The translations under genes and the position numbers were made by a program. DNA of 64,000 nt from Psammoneis japonica. Lineage: Eukaryota. Shown piece by piece: positions 13,425-26,376 of the stretch (the first letter of the stretch is position 1; the number at the start of each line of letters is the position of its first letter). Below the pieces are notes generated by a model that saw only the letters and a list, made by a program, of their open reading frames with translations, did no database searches and was not told where the DNA came from. The stretch spans positions 186,001 to 250,000 of the forward strand of contig QPGO01000068.1 of assembly GCA_008632985.1 (NCBI GenBank), read 5' to 3'.

Positions 13425-14517
13425 TTCATTGCCCCGTCACGGCTTAGAATGAACGACGTGTGGTTCTCAGTGGCAAACAGATTCAGTCTTAGCTATTTGT
13501 TTGGTCAGATATGCTCAAAGTGTTCGACTGACTTCTTATCCATGGACAATGCATGGTATTCCTTCAGCGATCAGATTTTAGTCGTACCAGGTAGCTATCA
13601 CAATAGCAGCAGTCGTAGCTATCACAATAGCAGCGCTCGAGAGCCACAGAAGTGCATCGTTTTCAATCCTTTTGTTTGAACCGCGTTTGCCTCGATCGCC
13701 TTTATCTTGATGAGATCACCGGAGATGAATTTAATGCGCAAGAGGGCCGCACCGGTGAGGTGAACCCGCCCGGCCGGGATCAATCGGATCGCCCGACGGT
13801 GCGGTCATCACTGCAGCCTCAGGTCACCGACTTTAGAATGGGCAAGATGACGAAATGGTGACGACTCTTGGTCCGTTGAGAATGGCACCACCAGCTCAAC
13901 TGGGTTTGCCCCTGCAGAACTTCCATTTCCAAAAATGAGACATGGAACCACCACCACTGATGACTTGTGTCTCAACACGCCAGTGGCATTCAGCACTGTG
14001 ATCAATGGCATCATCAGAAGCAAACCATTGCTCAACATGGAGACATTTTCCATTTTTGAAGGTTGGAGGGAAGTGAGCAATGGTTGGAAAGAGGTTTGAC
14101 AGATGTGGAGTTGTCAGAAAGTGGTTTGTCATGTCAACCGGTGGGCACAGCGACCAATGGAGGGAAGGAGGGAGGGAGGGAGATGTTGAGAACTCCAACT
14201 GGACAAAGACCAGTGTGACTCTTCTTGGTGGTTTGCAGCTTCCAAAGGGCTCAGCTTCTTTTTTTTTTTGTGAATTCCTTCATGAAGCAATGTGGCCATT
14301 GGGGGACATTGCCAACCCCAACAACCTCAAAACTGTGGCCGTCCTTTTAAGCTGAAAAAAGATTGCAAATTTCAAGCTTCAACATTGCACTGGGCTCTCT
14401 GCAGTCACATGTTCTCTGCCTGGGTGTGAGCATCTTTTGACAGCCCCAAGCCAACAAAATCTCAGGGGGGGGGGGGGAAGCACATGCAAAAAAAGAAGGG
14501 CAAGAAAAGGCAGCAAA

Positions 14518-14964
14518 TGCAGCATGCATGCAGACAAAAGGTTGTTTTTGTCACGCCCTTTGTGACATTTAAAGGCTGCAACACGTCGCCGTGATGCACC
14601 AACTCTTGTTGGCAGCTGTGTGTTGCACTCCTCCCCATGTGTCACGCGTCCACACGGCTCTTTGCCAATGTGTGCTGACACTGCACGGTTTTGGCGGAAC
14701 AGTGTGGGCACGTACGAAGGAACGTGCAGAACTGCACAGAGTTTTGCGCGTTCGACAGTGATCAACGTTGCTGCAGACAACTCCCACTCAGGGTTTCGAA
14801 CCCCTGGCCTCCTGCCCAATGGTTGCGATGAACCACTCCGCTGTGAATTCACAGTGCAGCATGCACGCAGACAAAAGGTCATTTTTGTCACGCCCTTTGT
14901 GACATTTAAAGGCTGCAACACGTGCCGTGATGCATTGACTCTTGTCGGCAGCTGTGTGTTGCAC
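14518..14964 (+). repeat. ~110-bp direct repeat (14518-14628 and 14855-14964)
   Basis: Shared cagacaaaagg..tttttgtcacgccctttgtgacatttaaaggctgcaacacgt...ggcagctgtgtgttgcac; most differences are at TG/CA/CG positions. Confidence 0.9.
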
Positions 14965-15901
14965 AAAGCCCCCCCCCCCTGGGATCGCTGCAATGATTTG
15001 CTGGAGCAACAGATGGCGGCACTTTGCCTTGCAATCATGTTGTTTCTTGGAGCACATTGGTTTTGGTGACTCACATTGTGGCCCACATTTTGCGCGGGGT
15101 CTTTTGACAACTTGTTCTGCACCTTTCAACCTTCTGTGCTTAAAACAACTGTTCTTTGAGCACCAACAAGCAGGGCATGCCCATCAAATGTGTGCAAGGT
15201 GGCTGCAGTTGGAACATTTGCAAAACTCTGCTTGACAATGTCAGGTTGCACCACGTGTGTGTCACGAAACATTTTGCATTTGCGCAGCCTGGACAAACAT
15301 TGTGGCAAATGTGCAGAAAGTCTTGACATGTCTGCATTGTTGCTGGGTGACATCCTGGCTCCTGTGCATCAGCGAGTTGGGGCGCATGCCAAGAAATGGC
15401 AAGTTTGTGCTGTGCCTGCATTTCTCAAGCATCTTCTGATGGCACAGCTTCCAAAAATGCAGTGCTGGCTGACCAGCTGCACCTTGCTTTCCAGGTTGTC
15501 AACCCCATCTACAGTGCACCAGGTGGGCCACAACTGAGTGCTGCGTGTCATTCTTGTTTTTGCTGGCAACATCATGGTCATCTTCCAAAAAAGTTTGTTC
15601 TTGTTTTTGCTTCTCTTTTTTTCTTCACACCAAATGTCTTTGGTGGTCAGCTGCCAAGATTTTTTGTTCTCTTTTCTGGCCTCTGGCGTGTCCCATTCTG
15701 CCCTTCTGTTTGTCATGCTGGGAGCAAAACTTGCCACACTCAACATCTTTTGAAAAAGAGATCATCATTCAAGTGCGTCTCTGCTTCCTGGAAAGCAGAA
15801 AAAAGAAATCCCAGGCAAAGCAGCTGCCACATTCTGGGGATGTTGCAACTTCTTTGTTGGGTGTCAAAAGCTCAAGACACACAATTGCACCACTCTGTGC
15901 A

Positions 15902-16395
15902 AACCCCACTTTGCAAATCAGTTGACACAGATTGATGCTTGGAAAGCAGCCCATTTCTGGTTTCTTGATGTCCTGCACATCACAAGATGCATTTCCACTG
16001 CCCCTCTTTGGTGGGTTCATGATGGCTTTTTTGTTTTTCTGAAGCACCGCCCACATTTGCTCCTCCTGTGCCCATCTTTTGCACAACAAAAGAGCAGTCT
16101 TGCAGCTCTTTAATTTGGGAGAGCAAAAAATGAGGTGTGGTTGGGGCATGAAGACCATTCTGTGAACCCCACTCTGCAAATTAGTTGGTGCAAATTGGCA
16201 CTTGGAAAGCAATGCATCTCTGTCTTCAGCAGCCTGCACATCACAAAATGCACCACCGCTGCCCTTCTTTGGTGGGTTCACATTGGCTCTCTGTTGTTAA
16301 AGCAGCACATTGACTCCTCCCATGCCCACATTTTGCACAACAGAAGAGGGGTGGTCTTGCAACTCTTCAACTCATGAGAGCAAAAAATGAAGTGC
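15902..16395 (+). repeat. Diverged tandem repeat, unit ~260 bp
   Basis: aaccccact.tgcaaat.agttg...cctgcacatcacaa.atgca...ctttggtgggttca...gagagcaaaaaatga.gtg occurs twice. Confidence 0.85.
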
Positions 16396-19076
16396 AGTGA
16401 GTTGCAGCATGAACAAACTAAAAGTGACTTCTTCCAGCCCACTTCTCTTCTTTTCTGAGCCTTTCTCATGAGTTGCCAGATGATGCTCTGTGTGAGCAGC
16501 AGAGCTGTCCCAACCCCCCCCTCCCCAAGATTTTGTTCTTCTTTTTGTTTGAATCTGTGGCATTGATTTGTGAGAAACAAAGTGTTGCACTTTCAAGTGT
16601 GTCATTTGCTCTGCTGTGCTCAGTCTGCACTTGTCAATGCTCAATTCTTTCAGCCCCCCCCCCCCAAATGCCTGTCTTGCACTCCCCAAATTGTGTTCAA
16701 GGCAACTGGAGCATCATTTTGTTGGGAGGAAACTTTCAGAAAAAAGGTTCCTTTGCCTGCTTTTCTGACAACCACAACAACCACAGAGTTGCCTTGCTTT
16801 TGTGCATTTGCCAAGCCAGCATGGCTGTGCTGTTTAGCTGACACCAAGAAACTGCTGACTCAAGAACAAAACCATCACAAAAATGTGCCTGGTGACAAAG
16901 ATTTTGTCACAGAAGACACCATCAATGTGCAAGCCATGCAGGCAGCTGTTGACTTGCCCAGCTGTGCAGAACCTTCCTCAGGCCAGATCCTTCCTCATGC
17001 TCAACAGCCAGAGCCAGCAGGGGGGGGGGGGGGCATTTCAAAGTCACCAGCACTGGGCTGTGGGACATTGTGTGCTGCTGCACCAAGATGAAAGATGTGC
17101 TTGACTTTCAATTTGCTGCCAAACAACTGGATGCTCCACCCAGCACCATGAGTTTCCCAACACCCCTGACATCCTTTTTGAAGAGCTTGCTGCATCTGCT
17201 CAAACTTTTGGCTGGAGCAAGGAGGTTCTGAGCACTGACATTGACAAAGCAAGGCTCCTCCTCTTCAAAAAGCAGAAACCAAAGGCACACGCCTGTTGAA
17301 TGTGGTCAAATCTCAGCTGAGTCACAGCTTGCATGGTTTCAGCTTTCAGGCATCTGCCTCCATGTCAAGATGCCAGGGGTGTTCACCAAAGCAGCTGCCA
17401 ACTCTTGTCTGTCTTGTCCAGGCTCCAGAGGGCACCACTCTGGGGATGAACCTCCAAGGTTGTCACAAACTGTTGACAACAATGAGCATTTTGTGAAAGG
17501 CAGAAGTTGACTCCAGTGCTGCAATGTCTGTCACCTGGGACTGGGTCAGCAGCCTGGGTGCTCACATGACCATTGTTGAGATGGTCAGATGACTGGTGCT
17601 GGGGCATTCCAAAATCATGCCAAAGCTGCAGAAAAATGCTTGGCACTCATGGCTGCTTGCTCCAGCTCCAACCTGTTGAACAATGCACTCAAAACACCCA
17701 TCCCACAGGTGTTGATGAAAACTTTGCAACTGCTTCCATGCTAAAATGCACAAGAGCACCAGCCATGAAAATGGACCTGATGCTGACCCTTGGGCACCCA
17801 CACCACCACATCTGAGGCAGAGAACATCATGCACCAGATCCTTGCAGAGTTGAAAAGTGGGTGGCTTTTGCTGAGGAGCCACAAACCATTGTCACACTTT
17901 GAGCCAAGACAGAAGCTTTTTGCAAGGCCAAAAACATGTGACAAGTGGTGATCATCAAAAGCAATGCCTCAGCTTGCCTCGCGTTCCTTCCAAGAGCAAC
18001 CAAGCCAAAGGAAAGGGTTCTGACAATCACAGCAAGCACATCAGAAGTTCCAGATCCTGTCAAATGGATGCAAGAAGCCTTTTTTCTATGGCAAACATGA
18101 CACCCAGCTCCAGAAAGGATTGACAGTCTCATTTGCCAAGGCTGTTGATTGTCATGTGCACAAGCGCACAGCAAGTGCCATGAGCACTGGGCTTCTCAGA
18201 GGACAAAACCATGTTGGGAGCTGCTGTGCTCTCTGGGAAGAGCGCACAGCATGCCAAGTGCTGCCTTGTGGCTGCTCTGTTGCATGTGCTCCACTCTTGC
18301 AAAGTGTCTTTTGTGCATTGACAGAGCTGCGGCAACTCCTCTTCCCATGATGCTAAAACTCGCTGGCGAAATTTTGCTCGCACAGCCAACACAGCTGAGT
18401 TTTGCAGCACACCCCAATTGCCAGTGTGTGACCACTTTTTCTCCAAACCCAAAGACTCTCATTGTGCAGCTGAAAAACACATTGTGCCGTGCCCCTTCTT
18501 TGCCACTGGAAATGAGAGGTGGTGCAACATCAAGCCAAGTGGCGTGTTTGTGGCCTTGCTTGTTGATTGGTGCCTGGATGAAGACTTCTGTGGGGCAACC
18601 AGGACGGACAAGTGTGTCACAGCAACAGATCATCCTTCCAGGTTGCCCATTGGCACTGCCGATCAACAAACCGGCATCTTTACTAAACAGCTGTGACTGC
18701 CAAAGGAGCTCTTCTTTTAAGCTCCGTCGTTTGCCATTCGGCTGACGTCCATGTGTCATGTTGTGAGTTGTGAGGCATGTATGTAGGGCCCTACTGTACC
18801 GTATGTGACCACCACAATGAAAATGTCAAATGTCAGATCGACCGTCGCCCATAATTGTTGGTCCTATAGCCCCCTAATTGTTCAAGACATCTCGAACATT
18901 TATTGGGAAATCCAATACCGCTTCATTAATAGCTCACTTCTCAACATTCCGACGTTGTCCCCGTTTAGTAGAGTAATCACTAATGCATGAGCGCTGCTAC
19001 TAACTGAACTCAAAGAGTCAGTTTTGTTTCATATTTGGAGTGAGGGGTGAGGGTCGCGGTGCATTCAAAACTCGAG

Positions 19077-20306
19077 ATGAAAACTTTCACTAGAAAGATC
19101 CCACAAAGGGAAAAGCACGTGCTACGAAGATTTGAGAGGAAGAATGGTCTTCTGTGTTCCGCCGCGATAATGATCCTCCCTTCTCTTGCACTGCTTTATC
19201 AGGCAGCTTATTCTAGTCTCGCTGTAGACAAGATAGAATTCTTAGAACCGTTTACGGAGCACGCTGAACTCCAAAAAAGATTTCTCAGCATCTTGGAAGA
19301 CATGGACGTGAATGTTTCGGATATCGATGACGACACGTTGAGACAACTTCCAACGCGGGGTAGCGTCGAAGCGCTCTACGGCCCAAAGCCAATTGTTCAC
19401 GGATTGGAGGTTTGCCAAGCATACCGCGACAAGGTTCCGGCAGCAGACCGACGTGTTGCTGTGTCAGGATTGTTCAATTCTGGAACCAACGCCCTTTACA
19501 TTGTTTTGGAAAAGAACTGTCATATTCCCGAGCGCATCAAGGAAGTAGGTCCGAGAGAACACGGCATGGAGTGGCAGGTGATTCTCTTATTTGAATTTCG
19601 CGACATGTTCGTCGTATTTGACTTGGCTGATTGTTTCTTTTTTGTTACACATAATCACACATAGGTGCCGTGGGGCAAACACAATCCTCTCCACTTTCGT
19701 TCAAACTTTACGATACCGCAATACAAGAATAGCTCGGATGCGAAGAAAGATCATGTGTTGCCGATCGTTTCCATTAGGAACCCGTATGAATGGATGCTGT
19801 CCATGTGTCGTCACAGGTACGCGACATTTTGGTCGCATAGTGAGAGTCAATGTCCCAATCTTATCGATAATGAAGGGAACCCAAATCCGTTAACGTTTAG
19901 AGTTGCACCGGATACCTTCGTCCACTACGACTCGCTGGCGCATTTATGGAATCAGTGGAATCGACAATACTATGAGTGGTCGGATTACCCACGCCTCATG
20001 GTACGACAAGAAGACCTGATTTTTTATCCAAAGGAAACAGTGGAAGCCATATGCACTTGTGCTGGGGGTGTGATGATGCCAAACAACAGGGGTAATATCA
20101 CTGAAGGGCACTTTCAATATTTTTTGGGAGAAGCCAAAGACCATGGCAAGGAGGAAGAACAGACAGATCTCATGAAGGCCTGGATAAAGTATGGAAAACC
20201 AACAAACTGGAGTAAGTTTGAAATTGGTGATATCGAATATGCCCAAAGGGTTCTCGATAAGGAAATTATGGCAACGTTTGGCTTTTCTGTTCCACCGCCG
20301 CGGTGA
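19077..20306 (+). CDS. Sulfotransferase-like protein, paralog C (intron 19578-19664)
   Basis: Close paralog of B with the same motifs and intron position. Confidence 0.82.
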
Positions 20307-20639
20307 TTTATTGCCCCGCCATGGCTGAGAATGAACGACGTGTGGTTCTCAGTGGCAAACAGATTCAGTCTTAGCTATTTGTTTGGTCAGATGTGCTCAA
20401 ATAGTTCGACTGACTTCTTATCCATGGACAAAAGCTTGGCATTCCTTCAGCGCTTAGATTTAGTCATAGCTATCACAACAGTAGCGCTCGAGAGTATTAT
20501 AAACATCGTTTACACGCTTCTTTTTCGAACCTCGTTTTGCCTCGATTGCTTTTGTTTTGACGAGATCACAGCAGACCAACACAGACGAAGTCAAAGCTCA
20601 AGAAGGCCGCACCTGGTGAGGAGAACCCGACCGGTGTCA

Positions 20640-22767
20640 GCGCCGGACGAGAGCTTGGGGGACTCCTACGATGCGTTTTGATTTGGATCTGTGTCGCTGT
20701 CCACAGATGGAACAACTCTGGCTCGTATGACGACGGCATCAGAAGTGCCAGCAACGCTGGAACAGAGATCCATGCAAGTGAAACAATGCGTGGTCGAAGC
20801 CAGCTCGTACTGTCATTTTGTCTGCTGTTCTTGAATGTCTCAAAAGCTTCTTCCAGTCCACCAAGAAGGAATTGCAAAAGTCCTGGTGGACACTGTTGTT
20901 CGGAGCAGCCAAGGCAACAGGACCGCTGATGAAATTGTGCATCTGCACATGAATCACATGGATGTTGGTCAAACTGTGTGCACTGGACCAACAAGCAAAA
21001 TGAACCCTGATCCAACAGCTGAAGGGATCACTGCCTGACTGTGCTGCAACAGATTGCAGCAGGAATGATCATGGACATGAGAAAAAGAAGCCAGATTGCA
21101 AAAAAGTTTGCACAAGGGCGGGTTGCAGTGACAAGACATGTTTTCTTACTTTGGCAAGCATTCACAACAATGATGTCAATTGGCTGGACTAGATGAGTGG
21201 CAAGAGGTTGTTTCAAGATGTCAACAAGTGTGACTCACATTGTTTCTTGCCACTCTTCTGCACCTCCTTTGAACAATGGATGGGAGGGAGGACAGCAGCC
21301 ACCTTTTTGGAGTGAAACATTTTGCAGTGTCACCCTCCGCCAGCTGCACTGCAAAAAAATTGTTTTTTGTTCTCGTGAATCACTCTTGGTGGCACCAAAA
21401 ACTCATCTTGTTTTTTTTTTCTGTGTCAGCACCCAAACACTGTTCAAAAGGGGAACAAGGCACAGGACCAGATGCAAAGAGCCTGTCTGGAAGCAACACA
21501 CAAGTGGGACATGCATGACCCCATCATCAAATGGCAGCATGGCAAAAAACACCATTTTTGCTTGTTTGTGCTGAAAAGCCACTGCAGCTTCCTCCCACAC
21601 CCACGCTGCATTTCATCATCATTCAACAGGAGTGTGCATGCTGGTGGTGCTGGCTAACTGGAGGTGTGCCTGTTGAGCAGCAGCACATGGACAAGAAAAC
21701 AGAAAACACAAATCAACACACAGCAGAGCTGAGAAGAACATCTCAATCTTTCACAACTTGCTCCTGACACTTGCACTGCCAGTTTCTTCCATGGCAGCAG
21801 TGCACATCATGCATCAGAAGTGTGCGAGAGATGAGCTGTGTGGCAGCTCATGCCTGGTTGCAAAACACAAAAGGAGTGCACAAAGGCAGGCAAAAGAGGC
21901 ACCACTGTCTTTTGGGGTGGCAATTGTGTTGAAAAAAAAAAAAGAGTGCTGAGATTGAAAGCCACTGTGAATGTGATGGGTGCTCACAATGGGGGTTGTC
22001 AGATGCAAGGATTTCAAATGTCAGGTGTTGACACATGCGTGGCTGTCAAAACTTTTGCACACTTGCACAAGAGAGGCAGACAAGGAGACACAGAATTGAC
22101 CCAAAACACCACTTCATGGATGGAGTGAACAAAGCACACAAAACCTTCAGCTGTTTTGCGCGGCTGTCAAAAAACATCTGCACACTTGCACTGACAACAA
22201 GAGGTGCAAAATCTGCTCAAAGCACCGTGCATTGTAAAACACACAAACAAAGCAAAACATTTAGAAGCTGATTTCATGCACAACTGAGGGAACATTTCAC
22301 CTGCATGTTTTCAATGCCAGGCTTGTCGCGCCAAACTTTCAACATGCCACACGAAGGTGTGCCCCTCCACACTGACCTGCTGCCGTCACCAATGAGGGTG
22401 TCTGTGAGGAGATCTCAACCTGCCACTTTAATGATTGTGACCCAAAAACACCTGCTGCCAGTGAGCCACTCTTGTTGAGCCTTGCTGTTGGGTGCTTGGT
22501 GCACAAAAAGCTTTTTGCATTTGTCATGACGAGGAAAAGGGTTTCCTCAAGACATTTGACAACAAGAACAACAGCTGCGCCACTCAGATCAATGCATCTG
22601 ATTGGGCAGCTGCTCTTTGCCACTGTCTCTACTTTGCTGTTTCTGTGATGTACAGCAGAGTGGTGTGATTCTCGCCCTGCTGTTGTTTCTCACAGCACAG
22701 TTCATGATGTCTCCAGGCAGGGGTGTCGAGGGAGATCCCAGAGGTTTTGGCACATGTGCTGGTTGCT
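20640..22767. mobile_element. Degenerate TpA/CpG-depleted repeat sequence, probably an older element interrupted by the 22768-28885 element and resuming ~28894-29050
   Basis: Same dinucleotide signature as the other islands; no recognisable protein. Confidence 0.5.
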
Positions 22768-23197
22768 CATCTGGGACACCAACAATCCAGGTGTCGCACC
22801 AGCCATCAAGATTTCTTGAAATAAAACCCGACATTTTCTCCCTTTAATTTGTCAAGTCAGCTTTTCTGAAATGTTCAACATCAAACATCCATGTTCCTCA
22901 ATTTGGCTGTTTGCCCCCCCCCATCCGACAAGCCTCATGTGCACATTTAATGCCATTTTAATTTCTGGATTGTGTGTCAATCAACTTTCTGGATCAAAAT
23001 CGTTGCCTGCATCCGTCAATCTAGATTCTAATTGTTTTCTCAATTTTCTCTCCCTGCCCATTCCATCCTTCCTTCCCATCCATCCGCACGTTGCATCTCC
23101 ATGTTTCTGCCCTCACCACATCCCCAAGTGATTGTTGCTGCACCCACTCTTTCCTTTCAATTCTCTTCTCAACTCCTTCATCTGTGTGCACAGGCCA

Positions 23198-24300
23198 TGT
23201 CATCTGATGGTCTTGTTTGTCCATGGTGCAAACGAACCGGTTTCTTTTCCGAACGTGGCCTCAGCAGGCACATCACAACTAACTGCCTCCGTTCTGCCAT
23301 TTCCACCAAGTCTTTCAGTTGTCCTTGTTGCGGACAACGTGGGTTTGACTCTGAAAACAACGTGCAGCATCACCTGTCTTGGCACTGCACCGCAGCATCT
23401 GGTCTCCATCCCCCATTGACACAGTTGTGCCACACAACCCAATTGTCTTCTTCATCCGGCAGAACATCTCTTTCCTCTCATCCTCTGGATTCTGCCTCCG
23501 TCGGCTCCCTTGGATCCAACACCAACAAACCCAAATGTCCCCATTGCCGTGTTCCCTTTTCCAACATCACCCTTCATCTACAGAAGTGCTTGCCCTGCCG
23601 TGAAAAGGAGGAAATGTCCCTTTGTCTGCATGCCGCATCTTCCACTGCCGCCCACACACTTCCCCCTCCAGACGACGACCATGATGAATCACTGGACGAC
23701 CATGATGATCCTGCTGGGTTTGGTTTCTCCGACGACGAACCCCCTCCTCCCCTCCCCGAAGTCCTTTGGAATCCAGCTCCATCTCCTCCCACACCAACGG
23801 ACAATTCTTCTCCAGCTTGTCCTCCCTCTGCCAGAAGTGGACTGCGCCCACCCTCCATCAGACGCTCTGGTTGATTGCGTTCAGCCGCCAATGCTGACCG
23901 CGTTCATTTGCCCAATGTGTGGGAGAACAACACAGCCTCAATTTGGTGTCAAGGCTGTTTCCTGTGCCAAACGGGGCCAGATGCACCGGCGGGGGACAAT
24001 GCCCAGATGGATCATTGGTCAACACTGCAGGTTGAGTGGGGTGGAATGTCATCGGGAGAGAAGTGCGATGTGTCGGATGGAAAAGAGATTCATTGGTTCC
24101 ATTTTGGTGATGTGGCCCAACAGGTGAGGGACTGGGTGTGATTCTTTGGGGTGGGATCATTTTGAGGTTGTTGTTTTGCAAAGGGAATGACAAGGCCACG
24201 GAAGACAAGAAATGGAGTCACCCAAATGATGTCTGTTCGCTGCTCAACATGAGTTGATCAGTGACTTGGACAAGATTCGAGGAGAATGTGGTTTGCTGTG
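23198..24300 (+). pseudogene. Degenerate TE ORF with three C2H2/C2HC zinc-finger-like motifs and a Pro/Asp-rich linker
   Basis: CPWC..FSERGLSRH..C, CPCCGQRGF..QHHL..HC, CPHC..F..LHLQKC; downstream frames broken. Confidence 0.55.
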
Positions 24301-24353
24301 GGAGATGCACTTTATGTCACGACACTGTACAGGCTGGCATCAAGTGCACAAGC

Positions 24354-24880
24354 AAAAAAGTGGCGCCAAAGGCATTCATCACCAGACACATGTGTCAACA
24401 AAAAACTGATGCCAAATTCTTCTGTTGACAAATGTGTTTGACAACAGAAAAAGTGATGCCGAATTGCTTTGTTAACAAACAGTTGTGGCAACAAAAAAGT
24501 GACACCAAATCACTCTGTTGACAGATGTGTGCATTGCCAAAAAAGCAACAGTTTGTTTGTGGTGCGGAATGTGCGGTGGATGGAAGCTTTTGCTTTGTGT
24601 CTGCTGCTGTGGTGATGTGAAAATATCTCACATCATCACTGACAGGATTGTGAGCAACAAAATTGTTTTCTGTGCTTTTGAGATAGCTGGGATGACCCAT
24701 TTGGTGAGATCATTCAGCAAACAGGATCGACGAAGATCACATCACACGTGACCATTTACGAAAAAAACGTCTGTGGTGCACCCGACAGATGGACTGCCAT
24801 TGTCAAAACATCACACGGGACTGTTTACGAAAAAAACACCCGTGGTGCACACAACAGACAGACTGCCATTGGCAACACAT
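24354..24880 (+). repeat. Internal tandem repeats: ~46-bp unit x3-4 (24354-24530) and ~70-bp unit x2 (24740-24880)
   Basis: Repeated aaaaagtga.gcc.aat...tgttgaca and cacacg.gac..tttacgaaaaaaac....gtggtgcac....acaga..gactgccattg. Confidence 0.75.
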
Positions 24881-24913
24881 GTTTGGCGAGAAAGCCATTT
24901 TCGTTGGAAAGCA

Positions 24914-25774
24914 ATGGGTGCAGACTTTTGCTGGATTGGGTCTGTTCCACTGAAAGAAAAAGACTGGGTGCCATTTGATTTGGCAGAACAGGCATTTTCA
25001 GAGAATGGCGCGGAAGTGTTCTGTGAACGGATGCCGGAAATTTGCCGTTGGCCGACAACATCATGCCAGAAACATGGCAAGTTACTGACACACCCGGGCA
25101 AAATGAAATCTCATGTTGTCAAGAGTGAGAAGGCGGGGTCCAAAGAAAGAGAGCACCAGGAAAGAAAAAAAGGCCACTTGCAAAAATTCAAAACACCACC
25201 ACCCCTGCTCAACAAGATGACAACACTTGCAAACAAGGCACCAAGTGGGAAGGGAGAAAAGGAAGGACACTGTTTTGTTGGTGAGTTTGCCATCAACAAA
25301 AAGGAAAAGGCAGAAGGTGTTGGGTTGGCAGAAAAAATGTTGGAGTTAATTCCTGGCTTTCCCCTGGCAGGTGATTCAAGCAGAAAGATGTCCCGACACA
25401 CAGCAGCAAACGCTCCTGCTTCAAGTTCAAGATCTAACTTCTGGTCAAAGGGGGAAATTCATCACGATTACGTGGAAACAAAATTGTCACCTGGTGACAA
25501 AATTTTCACCATGTTTCTGTTCCTCGATGACACAATGGAGCACAATGGTGCAGTGGAGACATGGCCGGACAGTTGTGAGGCAACATTGAATGAGAAGGAA
25601 CGCGAAAGACACTTGGTCAGGTTGGGTTTGGAAAAACAATCGCTGGTTGGAGAAGCAGGCACTGCATTTGTTTTTGATGCAAGAATGTTGCACCGAGCTT
25701 TGCCTGACAAAACGAATTCGGATCGAAGGAACATGGCATGTCCAGTCCATAATTTTGACGTGGCAAGCATGTGA
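24914..25774 (+). pseudogene. PhyH-like (phytanoyl-CoA dioxygenase family) 2OG-Fe(II) oxygenase carried inside the transposon; mutated
   Basis: HHD (HxD), TMFLFLDD...NGAVETWPDS, GTAFVFDARMLHRA, T.SDRR match the PhyH double-stranded beta-helix signature. Confidence 0.7.
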
Positions 25775-25899
25775 ACATGGCAAGAGTGTGAACAAGCATG
25801 TGTTGGAATGCAAAACTGGCAAAGTGGCAAGTTAACACAGGCGCAAAGCAGGTTTGTGTAAAGGGCCAACCAACAATGCATTGCTTGCATGGACGACAG

Positions 25900-26376
25900 T
25901 CACATCACAAACAAAGTGGAATTGCAAAGTTGCCCACTTTTGGCAGGCTTGAATTTACGTTTGATGTCAGACCCTGGGTCGTTCCCAGTGGAATGCCCAG
26001 TCTCCACGGCATCGTCTCTTTTCTTGGTGCACTTGTGAAGCAGGTGCCCATCGACACCGCCTCCCCACAACAGATCGTCTGGACAGGCAGGAACAAAGAA
26101 TGCTTCGTGCCTCCATTTGTGCGCACAAACACAAAACATCACATCCAGTGAAATGACAATGGTGCCTTCAGGACACTTGTTGGACAGTGTCTCCTTGAGT
26201 TGGTTCTGTGTCGCGTTGTTGTCAAAAAGCATTCGCCCATTGCAGTTGTTGAAGAAAATCTTTAAGTTGTTCAGACGGTGCAACCGACACACAGCATCGT
26301 CTTCGGAGAGGAAGCCCTGATTGATCAGGGTCGGAAAGCGACTGGCACTGTTTTGTGCCATGTGGCATTGCACCAC
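25900..26376 (-). pseudogene. Unknown degenerate TE-borne ORF
   Basis: 158-codon open frame with protein-like composition inside the TIR element; no family recognised. Confidence 0.25.

Larger units (their letters stand above)
13790..18780. mobile_element. Heavily mutated repeat/TE island, family unassigned
   Basis: Extreme TpA and CpG depletion, Cys/His-rich spurious ORFs in all frames, internal direct repeats, long G/C runs. Confidence 0.65.
12144..20634 (+). repeat. Segmental tandem duplication: ~12144-13773 vs ~19014-20634 (gene B/C, intron and 3' flank)
   Basis: Near-identical CDS, intron and downstream sequence (e.g. gaatgaacgacgtgtggttctcagtggcaaacagattcagtcttagctatttgtttggtcag in both). 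Confidence 0.95.

Noticed and set aside
18215..18310. RING-finger-like remnant (CCALWEERT..VLPCGCSVAC)
   Set aside because: Cys is inflated by the mutation bias, so the motif cannot be trusted without an intact copy.
13800..22760. Dozens of overlapping Cys/His-rich ORFs as metal-binding genes
   Set aside because: They follow from loss of TAA/TAG stops and TG/CA enrichment, occur in all six frames and have no coherent family motif.
24354..24880. CRISPR-like array
   Set aside because: These are degenerate tandem repeats with no constant-repeat/unique-spacer structure and no cas genes, in a eukaryotic context.
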